Source: an uncultured Chlamydiales bacterium (GTDB lineage Bacteria > Chlamydiota > Chlamydiia > Chlamydiales > Rhabdochlamydiaceae). Taken from it: a stretch of 64,000 bases of DNA. The notes below the pieces were generated by a model. That model did not search any database. It saw only the letters and a program-made list of their open reading frames with translations, and was not told the origin of the DNA. Location of the stretch: assembly GCA_963709365.1 (NCBI GenBank), contig CAVPVU010000002.1:319594-383593 (forward strand), given 5' to 3'. Shown here in pieces: positions 20,026 to 30,773 of this stretch; position 1 is the first letter of the stretch; every line of letters begins with the position of its first letter. The translations under genes and the position numbers were made by a program.

Positions 20026-20331
20026 ATGGCGACAAAATCAGCAATCGCAAAGCAAAAAAGACGTGAACGTCTGGTGAAACAGAAGTGGAACAGACGTCAA
20101 GAACTCAAAGCGATCGTTTTCGATCTCAATAAAAGTGAAAGCGAAAAGCTCGATGCGCAAAACGCGCTTAACAAACTGCCTCGCAACTCTTCTCCTGTGC
20201 GCCTGCGCAATCGCTGCCAGCTGACAGGAAGAGCACGCGGAACCTTACGCAAATTCAAGCTCTCCCGTCTCTGCTTCCGCGAGATGGCACGCATGGGCAT
20301 GATTCCCGGCGTCACCAAATCTAGCTGGTAA
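20026..20331 (+). CDS. rpsN: 30S ribosomal protein S14 (long, non-zinc form)
   Basis: [43 protein letters not shown] is the canonical S14 C-terminus. Confidence 0.85.
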   Translation: MATKSAIAKQKRRERLVKQKWNRRQELKAIVFDLNKSESEKLDAQNALNKLPRNSSPVRLRNRCQLTGRARGTLRKFKLSRLCFREMARMGMIPGVTKSSW

Positions 20332-20347
20332 TTGCTCAGACTGATAA

Positions 20348-20752
20348 TTATTCAGAAGGGGAAGGAGCAGAAACAACTTCCCCGAATTTTTTCCAACTCT
20401 CTAGGTCTTCGTTCCACACATAGGTCTGTAGATCGATCTTGCCATCTTTCAAGGCAGATTTGAGCCCATTGAGGCTCATTGGGCCAAACTGCTTGTTTTC
20501 AGGATCGAGATAGTACCAGAATTTGTGTGGTTCACTCTTTTTTGGAACAAACTGAACTTCTTGTCTCTTAACTTGGACTAGCGTGGGCTTGCGGGTGATT
20601 CTAGGCAGGAGAAATAGAAGCGCTAAACCTAAGATGCCCAGCAAAAGGCCGATCACAAACCAGTTTTGAGGATTTCTTCCTCGCTCTTTTGCATAATATG
20701 ACGCAATTGCGCCCATCATTAGCCAAATCGAAACAGTTAAAAGTAATTGCAT
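20348..20752 (-). CDS. Small membrane protein with C-terminal GYF-like/DUF4339 domain
   Basis: Two N-terminal TM helices. C-terminal FWYYLDPENKQFGPMSLNGLKSALKDGKIDLQTYVWNEDLESWKKFGEV. Confidence 0.45.
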   Translation of the reverse strand: MQLLLTVSIWLMMGAIASYYAKERGRNPQNWFVIGLLLGILGLALLFLLPRITRKPTLVQVKRQEVQFVPKKSEPHKFWYYLDPENKQFGPMSLNGLKSALKDGKIDLQTYVWNEDLESWKKFGEVVSAPSPSE

Positions 20753-20756
20753 TGCC

Positions 20757-20872
20757 TAATGATAGCGGAAATGGACGATATGGACAATATGGACGACGTG
20801 GACGCGAGAAAAAACTTAACACCCTTGTCCATAAAGTCCATGTCGTCCATATTGTCCATAATAGGAGGAGAA
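20757..20872. repeat. Palindromic iteron-like element, GTGGAC family, copy A
   Basis: ATGGACgatATGGACaatATGGACgacGTGGAC ... GTCCATgtcGTCCATattGTCCAT. The arms are ~24/24 complementary and the units repeat with a 9-bp period. It lies in the divergent intergenic region. Confidence 0.7.
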
Positions 20873-20878
20873 CCAGCC

Positions 20879-21334
20879 ATGTCAGATCTCTTAAAAAAAT
20901 TTGATAAGAAAGAATTCGAACTGCCGGAGACAGAGTTTGTGCGAGATTTTGATAGCCGTGTATTTCAGGCTATCGTACTCGAATCGCTAGCCAAGATAGA
21001 GGGCGTCTCTCTCGTCGAAGGCAATATCATCAATATGCTCTTGGGCCGCGAGCTCACCGATCGCTTGAAAGGCATCCATGTCGAACAAGATGAGAAAACT
21101 CCTTCTGTACGCATAAAAGTCGAAGTCAACGTCGCTTATGGGATCTCGTTGCCCGAGAAAGCCGAAGAAGTTCAGGTCAAAGTCGCACGCGATATCAGCA
21201 AGTTAACCGGATTGCATGTCGCTTGCGTGCATGTAGTCTTTAAGAATATCATCTCTTCGTTAAACGAAAAAGCTCGAGAAGAAGCCAAAGAAAAGCCAGG
21301 CGTGCAAGCCGGACATTATAGTGAAGAGTTTTAG
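20879..21334 (+). CDS. Asp23/Gls24 (alkaline-shock-protein) family protein
   Basis: The start is set at ATG 20879, which follows AGGAGGAG. VFQAIVLESLAKIEGVSLVEGNIINMLLGRELTDRLKGIHVEQDE is Asp23-like. Confidence 0.55.
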   Translation: MSDLLKKFDKKEFELPETEFVRDFDSRVFQAIVLESLAKIEGVSLVEGNIINMLLGRELTDRLKGIHVEQDEKTPSVRIKVEVNVAYGISLPEKAEEVQVKVARDISKLTGLHVACVHVVFKNIISSLNEKAREEAKEKPGVQAGHYSEEF

Positions 21335-22592
21335 CCGCTCTGTATTCAAGCGTGAGATCATCGCCGGTCTGACCTCTTTCTCGACGATGGTCTACATTCT
21401 CATTGTCAATCCGCTGATTTTAGCCGATGGTGGAGTGGACTTTGCCTCGGCTCTGCTCGCAACCGTCGCCATCGCCTTTATGGGCTCCTGCTTGATGGGA
21501 CTTGTGGCAGACTATCCATTTGCGCTGGCTCCGGGCGTCGGGATGGCGGCCTATTTTACCTATTCGGTCGTGCTTGGAGCAGAAGTGTCGGTCCCGACCG
21601 CCTTTGGAATTGTCTTCATCTCAGGCATTATTTTGCTGTTTCTCTGGGTGACCGGCTTGCGCGAGCTGATTATCAGCGGCATTCCTAGGGGGCTCAAGAT
21701 CGCCACTACCTCGGGCATCGGTCTTTTTTTAGTTCTGATCGGTTTCAAAAATTCCAAAATCATTGTCGCGCATGCACAAACCTTAATCGCTTTAGGCGAT
21801 CTCAAAACGCCTGAAGTGCTGCTCGCCGCGCTTGGTATCGTGCTCATCGCCGCGCTCATCACACTTCGGTTTTCAGCTGCACTTCTATGCGGAGTACTTT
21901 TCTGCTGGATTGGCGGACTGATATTTGGTGTGGTTAAATGGAAGGGGATATTTGGCCTTCCTAATTTCTCTTCTCAGACATTTCTCGCCCTCGATATTCC
22001 CAGCGCGCTCAATCACACGAACTGGCTCACCATCTTTTCGTTTTTGTTCATCGGACTATTCGATGTTTCCGGTTCGTTAATGGGGCTGGCGCATCAAGGC
22101 AAATTTCTCGATAGCAAGGGCCATCTTCCTAGACTCCACCGCGCACTGTTTCCAGACGCCTTCTGTACCACTTGTGCAGGACTTTTAGGCAGCTCTTCCT
22201 GCTCAGTTTTTATCGAGTCGGCCTCGGGCATCGCGGCCGGCGGAAAAACAGGCATCACCGCGATTACTGTCGGGCTGCTCTTCTTGCTTACGATCTTCTT
22301 TGAACCGCTTGCCGCATCGATTCCAATTTTTGCTGTGACGCCCGTGCTGATCGTAATCGGTGCGCTCATGCTCCAATCGGTCATCGATATCGATTGGAAA
22401 GACCCCACAGAATTCATTCCCGCCTTCATGATCATCGTCGGCATCCCGCTGACTTACAGCATCGGCACCGGCATCGGATTCGGCATTCTGCTCTATCCTT
22501 TATGCAAGCTGCTGGCCGGCAAATGGCGCGAGGTGCATTGGCTCACCTGGATCCTCGCCGCTCTCTTCGCAGTCAAATTCACTCTCGACTAA
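21321..22592 (+). CDS. NCS2-family purine permease (AzgA-like adenine/guanine/hypoxanthine transporter)
   Basis: MVYILIVNPLILADGG...GLVADYPFALAPGVGMAAYFTY, about 12 TM helices. Confidence 0.75.
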   Translation: MKSFSRSVFKREIIAGLTSFSTMVYILIVNPLILADGGVDFASALLATVAIAFMGSCLMGLVADYPFALAPGVGMAAYFTYSVVLGAEVSVPTAFGIVFISGIILLFLWVTGLRELIISGIPRGLKIATTSGIGLFLVLIGFKNSKIIVAHAQTLIALGDLKTPEVLLAALGIVLIAALITLRFSAALLCGVLFCWIGGLIFGVVKWKGIFGLPNFSSQTFLALDIPSALNHTNWLTIFSFLFIGLFDVSGSLMGLAHQGKFLDSKGHLPRLHRALFPDAFCTTCAGLLGSSSCSVFIESASGIAAGGKTGITAITVGLLFLLTIFFEPLAASIPIFAVTPVLIVIGALMLQSVIDIDWKDPTEFIPAFMIIVGIPLTYSIGTGIGFGILLYPLCKLLAGKWREVHWLTWILAALFAVKFTLD

Positions 22593-24447
22593 GAAGCTTT
22601 TCGATGTCTTTGCGGGTCAAGCCTTTGACCTGTTTGAGCTCGTCTTCGGTGGCGGAGAAGATGCGCTTAGTGCTGCCGAAGTGTTTGAGGAGGCGCACCA
22701 TTTTGGTTTTGCCGATGCCGGGGATTTCGATGAGCGAGCTGGTGATCGTGCGTTTTTGACGACGCTGGCGATGGAAGCCGATGGCTTTTTCATGCGTAGC
22801 ATCGCGGATCTTTTGCAAAAAAAAGAGCAGGGGGGAGCGCAGATCGAGCAGCAGCGGATCTTTTTTGGCAGGGAGGAAGATGCGCTCCTGACTCAGGCCC
22901 CGGTCGTGCCGACTGGCCTCTTTGGCAATCGAAATCACATCGACAGACGCAATATCGAGCTCTTTGAAAACTTCAAGTGCCACATTCAATTGACCTTTGC
23001 CGCCATCGACGATGATCAGATCGGGCAGGTTGTCATTGTCTTTAGCGCGTTGTAGATGGCGAGACAGCGTTTGATGCAGAGCGGCGTAGTCGTCGCCCTT
23101 TTTGATGTCGCGAATGCGGAAAAGGCGTGTGCGTTTGCGGTCTCGTTCTCCATCGGTAAATGCGATGACTGCGGCGACGAGATCTGTGCCCGAGATATTC
23201 GAGGTGTCGAAGCACTCGATGCATTTGGGATAGCGGTTAAGCGCACAAGTCTCTTGCAGATCGAGCAAAAGCTTCTCTTTGAGTTCTTGTTGGTTCCGCT
23301 CTTGTTCAAAGGTGGCCTTGGCATTTTTTTCGGCCAGCTGCACGAGTTCTCGCTTCTCTCCCTTTTGCGGCACCATCAGATGAATTTTTTTCTGGTGAGC
23401 TTCTTGCAAGATCTCTTCGAGTAATTTGCCATCGGAGACTTCGATTGGCAGCAAAATTTCAGATGGAGGAGCAGCGCTCTGCTTGTAGTGCTGCATGATG
23501 AAACTTTCGAGAATCTCGCTCTCTTTTTGCGCTACGTTGTAGAAGTTGTAATGCTCAGATCCGACCAGCTTCCCCTCGCGAAAGAAGAGCTGCATGAGGA
23601 TGCTCTCATCGCCGTGCGTGAAGAGTCCTAGCGCATCACAGTCGCGCCCTGAAGCTTTGAAGACGAGCTGGCCTTGCGCTGTGACATGTTCAATTTGACG
23701 GATGGTGCTTAAGATGGCCGCTGCGCGCTCAAACTCCAGATTTTCGGAGGCTTTTTCCATCTCCGCATGGAGTTTTTTCATGACCTCTTTATCCTGACCG
23801 CGTAAAAATTTGATCGTCCCATCGACAAAGCCATCATACTCCTCTTTAGTGCAAAGTCCCACGCAGGGGGCGATGCAGCGTTTGATGGAGTAGAGCAGGC
23901 AGGGACGGGTGCGCCGTTTTAACTCTTCATCCGAGCACTGGCGCAAGGGGAAGAGACGCGTGATCAGCTCAAAGGTCTGTCTTGCGGCGTAAGCGCTGGT
24001 ATAGGGGCCAAAGTAGAGGGCATTCTCCTTGGGCTTCCCCTTATAACGGATGAGCCGCACCATTGGCCATTTATGCTTGTTGTTCACCATCAGGCTGACG
24101 TAAGTCTTGTCATCCTTGAGCACCGCATTGAACTTAGGCTGATGCTTCTTAATCAGCGTGTTCTCAAGTAGCAGGGCTTCTTTCTCAGTCGGCACCAGCA
24201 GCGTGTCGATATGCGCCACCTGAGCGACCAAAAAAGGCACCATCGGGCGCTCATCGTGGCCTTTAAAGTACTGCTTCAGGCGCGCGCGCAGATTCTTGGC
24301 CTTGCCGACATAAATCACCCTGCCGGCCTTATCCTTCATCAGGTAGATGCCCGTCTCCTTGGAGAACTGATCGAGCTGTGTAGTGTTGAAGATCATACAG
24401 ACCAAAATACCTACCCTGCAAAGCGATTTCGAGCAAAAACTGCTCAA
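22579..24447 (-). CDS. uvrC: Excinuclease ABC subunit C
   Basis: GIY-YIG motif GIYLMKDKAGRVIYVGKAKNLRARLKQYF. C-terminal HhH (GIGKTKMVRLLKHFGS). Confidence 0.85.
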   Translation of the reverse strand: MSSFCSKSLCRVGILVCMIFNTTQLDQFSKETGIYLMKDKAGRVIYVGKAKNLRARLKQYFKGHDERPMVPFLVAQVAHIDTLLVPTEKEALLLENTLIKKHQPKFNAVLKDDKTYVSLMVNNKHKWPMVRLIRYKGKPKENALYFGPYTSAYAARQTFELITRLFPLRQCSDEELKRRTRPCLLYSIKRCIAPCVGLCTKEEYDGFVDGTIKFLRGQDKEVMKKLHAEMEKASENLEFERAAAILSTIRQIEHVTAQGQLVFKASGRDCDALGLFTHGDESILMQLFFREGKLVGSEHYNFYNVAQKESEILESFIMQHYKQSAAPPSEILLPIEVSDGKLLEEILQEAHQKKIHLMVPQKGEKRELVQLAEKNAKATFEQERNQQELKEKLLLDLQETCALNRYPKCIECFDTSNISGTDLVAAVIAFTDGERDRKRTRLFRIRDIKKGDDYAALHQTLSRHLQRAKDNDNLPDLIIVDGGKGQLNVALEVFKELDIASVDVISIAKEASRHDRGLSQERIFLPAKKDPLLLDLRSPLLFFLQKIRDATHEKAIGFHRQRRQKRTITSSLIEIPGIGKTKMVRLLKHFGSTKRIFSATEDELKQVKGLTRKDIEKLLSRE

Positions 24448-24559
24448 TAAAGCATAAAGTACTGATAATCAATATGATATAAAATCATAGTCCGACTTTT
24501 TTGCAGTCCGTTGCGGAAAAGTCATGACTTTTTTGCAATAGCGTGCAAAATAGTCAAGT

Positions 24560-25681
24560 ATGGAACGATATCAAAAACAGGCTATTTTACGGGATTTACA
24601 AAAGAAGATGGTACTACTTGCTGGACCGCGGCAAGCTGGAAAGACCACGCTGGCCAAGGCTATTGCGCAAGAGTTTAAGTCATCTACCTATCTAACCTAC
24701 GATCGTTTAGAAGACCGCAAAATCATCTTGGCTGAAGGCTGGCTCCCATCGGTTGAGCTGATCATCCTTGATGAGATACACAAGATGCCCAAATGGAAAA
24801 ATTATCTAAAAGGCGTCTATGACACAAAATTGCCGCATCAGAAAATCCTTGTCACAGGTAGTGCTAGACTTGAAACGTTTAATAAAGTAGGCGATTCGCT
24901 AGCCGGGCGGTTTTTCCTACATCGACTTATGCCTTTATCACCCGCAGAGTGTGAAAAGGTCGGCGTTAGCTATACTTTGGATCACTTTTTAGAAAGAGGC
25001 GGATTTCCCGAACCATTTTTAGCGCGCGATCCGATCGATGCCAGTCGCTGGCGTCTTCAATATGTTGACAGTTTATTGAGAGTTGATGTGCTCGATTTTG
25101 ACAACATTCACAACTTGAATGCGATTCGACTGGTCTTTGAACTGCTTAGAGCAAGAGTCGGTTCTCGCGTCTCTTATTCTTCAATCGCAGAGGATGTTGG
25201 CATCTCACCGAACACAGTTAAAAAATACATCCAGATTTTTGAGGCGCTTTACATCATTTTTCCGATTACGCCCTATTCACGAAACATCGCACGCAGCCTC
25301 CTGAAAGAGCCAAAAATCTACTTTTTTGACATCGGTCTTGTCAAAGGGGACGAAGGGGCAAAGTTTGAGAATTTCGTGGCGACATGTCTATACAAACATG
25401 TTCTAGCTAAAATCGATTACAAAGCTGAGAACTATGTTCTCAAATATCTCCACACTAAAGAGGGACAAGAGGTGGATTTTGTGCTCGTGAAAGAAAATCG
25501 CGTGGAAAAAATGATCGAAGTCAAACATAGCGATCACATCGTTAATCCTGCGCTGCGTTATTTCTATCAAAAATACAAACTTCCTGCGTTGCAACTCGTG
25601 AAAGAGCTAAAAAGAGAACGGGTTGAAGAAGGTATCGAGATCGTCCAAGCGCGCAACTTCTTGAGTTCTTTAGATCTCTAG
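24560..25681 (+). CDS. AAA+ ATPase with DUF4143 C-terminal domain
   Basis: Walker A LAGPRQAGKTTLAKAI, Walker B LIILDEIH, 373 aa. Confidence 0.7.
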   Translation: MERYQKQAILRDLQKKMVLLAGPRQAGKTTLAKAIAQEFKSSTYLTYDRLEDRKIILAEGWLPSVELIILDEIHKMPKWKNYLKGVYDTKLPHQKILVTGSARLETFNKVGDSLAGRFFLHRLMPLSPAECEKVGVSYTLDHFLERGGFPEPFLARDPIDASRWRLQYVDSLLRVDVLDFDNIHNLNAIRLVFELLRARVGSRVSYSSIAEDVGISPNTVKKYIQIFEALYIIFPITPYSRNIARSLLKEPKIYFFDIGLVKGDEGAKFENFVATCLYKHVLAKIDYKAENYVLKYLHTKEGQEVDFVLVKENRVEKMIEVKHSDHIVNPALRYFYQKYKLPALQLVKELKRERVEEGIEIVQARNFLSSLDL

Positions 25682-25682
25682 T

Positions 25683-28135
25683 TCAAAAGAGTTCTAGCTG
25701 TTTGGTGGACTCTGCTTTGCGATGGGGCGACTCTTTTTCCAAAACAGCGAGCAGTTCCTGGGCGCGCCGGATGGTGGAAAGCGGAAGGCCGGCCAAGCGC
25801 GCGACGTGAATGCCATAGCTCTTATCGGTGCTGCCTTTGACGATTTTGCGCAAAAAGACGATCTCGTCTTTGGCTTCGTAGACGGCGACGTGCAGATTGA
25901 CGACGCCGACCTGTTCTTCTTCTAGTCTGGTCAACTCCCAATAGTGGGTGGCAAAGAGTGTCTTGGGTGATTTGCTGAGTAGATGTTCGGCCACTGCCCA
26001 GGCGATCGAGATGCCGTCGTAAGTGCTCGTCCCGCGGCCGATCTCATCGAGAAGCACGAGCGAGCGAGCGGTGGCGTTGTGCAAGATGTTGGCAGTCTCG
26101 GTCATCTCGACCATAAAGGTCGATTGTCCACGTGAAAGATCATCGCTGGCGCCAATGCGGCTGAAGACTTTGTCGATGATGCCCACATGCGCGCGTTTGG
26201 CAGGCACAAACGAGCCGGTCTGCGCCATGATGGCGATCAGCGCGATCTGTCTGAGGTAGGTCGATTTTCCAGCCATGTTGGGACCGGTGATCAGCAAGAG
26301 GCGGTGATCGGTAGAGTTGAGAAAAGCATCATTGGGAATGAATTGTCCTCCCGCCAGCGCATTTTCCAAAACGGGGTGGCGTCCATCTTCGATATGCAAA
26401 GTGTCGCTCTCATCTACGAGCGGGCAGACGTAGTTATACGTGTGTGCGATTCGAGCGAAGGCCAGCAAACAATCGATGACGGCTAGCGCTTGGGCGATCT
26501 CGCGGATTTTTTGCGCCTCTTGCGCGATCTCTTCGCGCAGCTGATGGAAAAGTTCATTCTCTAAAGCGATTAGCTTCTCTTCGGCGGTGAGCATGCGATG
26601 CTCATACTCTTTGAGCTCTTTGGTGGTGAAACGCTCGGTATTGACCAGCGTCTGTTTTCTTTCCGCATAAGGCGCGAGTTTATCGGCTTGGCCGCGGCTG
26701 ACCTCGATGAAGTAGCCAAACGCGCGATTGTAAGCCACCTTCAACGTCTTGATGCCGGTATTCTCGCGCAGCTGAGTTTGAAGTTGAGCGATCCAGGCAT
26801 GATTGCCCTCTTTCAAAGTTTTTAGCTCATCGAGCGCTGGATGGTGTCCGGTTTTAAAAATCCCGCCCTCATTTAAGCGCAGTGGCGGCTCATCGACGAG
26901 TGCATTTTTGATCTTTGCGCAGAGGGGAGAAGGGTCGGACAGCTTGTGCAAATTTTCGCTGATCAGCGGCGCATTAAAATTTTTCAAAAGCGCCATGATC
27001 GTGAGCGTCGGTTCTAAAGAAAGACGCAGTGCGAAGAGATCGCGCGGAGTAGCATAACCGGTCTCGATGCGCATGATCAACCTTTCGAGGTCGCGCACCT
27101 GGTTTAATTCTTTATGCAGCTGCTTTTCCTGTTCTGGATGATCCAAAAATGCGCGTACAGCTTCCTGGCGTGCGCGGATCGGCGCAACTGAAAGCAGGGG
27201 ATGCGCGATCCACTGGCGCATCAGCCGGCCGCCCATTGGCGTGGCGGTCTGGTCGATTAACGCAAGCAGCGAGTGGCCTCGTTTGCTTTGCGTGGCATCG
27301 GTCAAAAGTTCTAAATGGCGCAAGGTCGCATGGTCAGCGCCATGAACGTTGAAGGAGATTGAACTTGAACCTGCTTGATGTGCGAGACTGTCAGACTTAA
27401 ATCTTCTTGCACATAGCGCAAAAGCGTACCTGCGGCATTGATCGCAGGGACCATGCCCTTCATGCCAAAACCGTCAAGGCTGAGGATCTTGAAATGCCTC
27501 AGCATAAGATCGAGCGCATACGCATGGTCAAAGTGCCAATTCTCCTTAACCGTAATCGCTGTTTGCCCCTGAGTTTTCAGATCGGAAAGCAGCGTCTCGT
27601 GCTCGGTTTGAAATTTATGCGCAATTAAAAGCTCAGCTGGACGCATGCAAAGCAGCTCGTCGACGAGCTGTTTTTTATCCTCGGTTTCAAAGACGCGAAA
27701 TTCGGCCGTGGTGAGATCGAGCGCGGCTAAACCAAAGAGCTGGTTGAGCTGCGTCAAGCAGACCAGAAAGTTATTGGATTTTTCGGGCAGAAGACCCGAG
27801 CTGATCAGCGTGCCAGGTGTGATCATGCGTACGATCTTGCGTTTGACCAGGCCTTTGGCCATGCGCGCATCTTCGATCTGCTCGGCAACCGCCACATGAA
27901 AGCCCTTCGAGACGAGGCGATCGATGTAGCCTTCGCTGCTATGAAAGGGGACCCCCGCCATCGGAACCTCTTGCCGCTTGGTCAGCGTGATCTCCAGCTC
28001 CTTGGCAATTATAATCGCGTCGTCGTGAAAGGCTTCGTAGAAGTCTCCCAGACGAAATAAGAGAATGGCGTGAGGAACACTATTTTTTAATGTTTCCCAT
28101 TGGGCCATCATGGGCGAGACAGTTGCTGTAGTCAT
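25683..28135 (-). pseudogene. mutS: DNA mismatch repair protein MutS, split into two ORFs by a single-nt frameshift near 27311-27323 (authentic or sequencing error)
   Basis: ORF 27311-28135 is the MutS N-terminus (MMAQWETLK...GDFYEAFHDDA). ORF 25683-27323 is the rest (TGPNMAGKST, Walker A). Joining the frames gives FMAL|DHATLRHLELLTD, a perfect MutS connector, so one G appears to be missing in CTG(G)ACC. Confidence 0.8.
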
Positions 28136-28641
28136 GACCTAAAAAGTTTCTTAATCAGATCCGCCGAGAAAGCGCGCCAGCTGTTACTATCCACAGGCAT
28201 TTCGCTGGCCGAGAAAGATTTGGTTGCACCGCTGGACAATTCTCTGACCTCTTCGATCGCTTTACGGATCTGGATTAAACAGGTCTGATTCCAGAGCTCT
28301 GCCATCTCGAGACTCCTTTCGAGTTCGAGCAGCCTATCTTCGACGGCTTGGGCAGAGAGTTCAGGCTGTTTTTGCAGACGCGTGGGAGGATTGCGTGCCT
28401 GAATAGCCGCTTCTCTGAGCGCAAAGATATCGATCAGCAGCGGGATCATGGCATTTTTGAGCTGCTCCTGAAAATGCCTTAAGTTAGATTCTGGAACAGG
28501 GGATTCGTTTGACTTAAGCGTATCGCTCTCTTTAACAGATGAAGAGAGATGAGGCGGGATTTTCGGTTCTGCCGCGTTTCCGCAAGATTCCGCATAGGGC
28601 GATGCTGAGGCTAGAGAAACTGGATCGACGCTTTTAGACAT
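28132..28641 (-). CDS. Hypothetical protein (169 aa), Ser/Pro-rich N-terminus and helical C-terminal half
   Basis: ORF only; nothing recognised. Confidence 0.35.
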   Translation of the reverse strand: MSKSVDPVSLASASPYAESCGNAAEPKIPPHLSSSVKESDTLKSNESPVPESNLRHFQEQLKNAMIPLLIDIFALREAAIQARNPPTRLQKQPELSAQAVEDRLLELERSLEMAELWNQTCLIQIRKAIEEVRELSSGATKSFSASEMPVDSNSWRAFSADLIKKLFRS

Positions 28642-28738
28642 AATTTAATGGTTCGAAAAAAGTTTTGCTTTCAAACCCACTATAACAACTTAATCTTTTT
28701 CCGATTTTTATACCAGAATCAGCTATTGTTATGAAAGT

Positions 28739-30563
28739 ATGGGACTATATAAGAAAGAGAGCTTAGAGACGCTACGTGCGCGCATCGATCTGGTCGAAGT
28801 CGTCTCTGCGCACGTGCGTTTGCAGCGCAGCGGCTCATCGCACAAGGCGTGCTGTCCGTTTCACGATGAGAAGACGCCCTCTTTCACGATTCAACGCGGA
28901 GATACCCACTACCATTGTTATGGCTGCGGCGCTCATGGAGATGCGATCGCGTTTTTGATGGGCCATCTCAAAATGGGGTTTGTCGAAGCGATTGAACATC
29001 TAGCGGAACGCTTTCAAGTCGTTTTAGAAAAGAGCGATGAGGCGCAAGAGGGAAAAGGGCCGAACAAGAGCCGCTCTCAAAAACCTGCTCGAACGCGCAT
29101 GTCAGCTCTACCATTTCATGCTCTTGCACACAGCTATCGGGCATCAGGCGCTGCGCTATCTGTACAATCGCGGCATCGATTTAGAATTTGTACAAAAATT
29201 TCGTATTGGCTATGCCCCAGCGCATTCGGAGTTTTTACAAAAGTCTCTGCCGGTTGAACATCACGACATCGAGCTCATGGTGCAAGCCGGCTTGATCCAC
29301 GTCTCCGAGTCGGGGCGCAGGCGCGATTTTTTTGGCGACCGGATCACCTTTCCTATTTGTGATGCCAGCGGCATGGTGATCGGTTTTTCCGCGCGCAAAT
29401 TCAAAGAGGAGACTTTTGGGGGTAAATACATCAATACCCCCGAGACGCCGCTCTTTAAAAAATCCTCAGTGCTTTTTGGATTGAGCTACAGCCGGCAGCG
29501 CATCGCCAAGGAGCGCAAGGCGCTGATCGTCGAAGGGCAGATCGATGCTCTGAGGCTAATCGATGCTGGCTTTGACTACGCAGTAGCCGGTCAGGGCACG
29601 GCCTTTGGCGAGGATCATGTGAAAGAGCTGGTGCATTTAGGCGTCGGATCCGTGCTGCTGGCGATGGATGGCGACGAGGCAGGGCAGAAAGCTGCCAGCA
29701 AAATCGGCAACCTCTTCCAGAAAAAGGGTGTGGAGGTCGCAATCGTGCCCTTGCCCTCCGGCAGCGATCCCGATGCTTTTTTAAGAGAGCGCGGCAAAGC
29801 GGCCTTTGCCAAGCTTTTAGAGAAGTCTGTTCCCTACTTGCAATTTCTGTTCGCCTATCTCGGTAGAGGACACAATCTCGATTCGCCCGCGCAAAAAAAT
29901 GAGATCGTGCGCACGATCGCCACCCAAATTCGCCAGTGGGAACACCCGATCATGGTGCACGAGAGCTTGCGCGCCCTGGCCGAGCTGGCACGCGTGCCAG
30001 AGGAAATGGTTCAAGGAGAAAAGCTGCTTCTCTCCATGCCAAAAGCCGCTCCAGATCGAGGAGAGCCCGATAAGGTCGTCTCTGCTCCGCAAAAAGTCGA
30101 TCCCGATCGCATTTTGGAGACCGATCTCATGCGCTGGCTCTTTCTGGTCGGCGAGAGCCAACCAGCCCTAGTCGAGCTCATCCGCGCCAACCTAGATGAG
30201 ACACATTTCCGCGTGCCTATCTGCAAACAGCTCTATGCGCTCTACTTGCACTGCTATGCTGAAAATAAGCCGCGCGATCTTTTAGCTTTGGGCGCCAGCT
30301 TAGAGGATGCGCAGGACCAGCTCTTTCTGTCTGAGATCATGCAGAAGAAGATCAACCTTCAGCGCGCCAAGGATGGCATCGTCGAAACGATCCGCCAGAT
30401 CCTCACGCGCCGCTGGCTGCAAAAGCGCGAAGAGATCCGCGTCAAGATCCACAGTGGCAAATGCAGCGAAGCCGAAGTCCTCGAGCTCGCCAAGCAGTTC
30501 GACGATATCAAAAAGAACGCACCTCAAGTCTCAATGGTCAATGAAGCACCTACTCCTCTTTAG
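28739..30563 (+). pseudogene. dnaG: DNA primase DnaG, split into two ORFs by a +1 frameshift near 29040-29075 (most likely a sequencing indel in the GGGAAAAGGG run)
   Basis: ORF1 has the zinc-finger CCPFHDEKTPSFTIQRGDTHYHCYGCGAHGD. ORF2 has the RNA-polymerase and TOPRIM domains (EGQIDALRL). The frames meet at ...VLEKSDEAQEGK / RAALKNLLERACQLYH. Confidence 0.8.
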
Positions 30564-30773
30564 ATGACACTTGCCCCCTTTGTCAAAGGTACGATGTAAG
30601 TGTTTAGATTTTAGAATGATATGTGTGTTTCCGACCAATTTAGCTCCAGAGGAATTTGAAGAGGTTGAGGGGATTGTGGCAAGTGAGCCGTTCAAAAATC
30701 ATCGCATCTGCTTGCGTTAAAGAAATCTTAAAAGTAAAATGAGAACAAATGGACCGGGCGATCCCAGTCGGCG

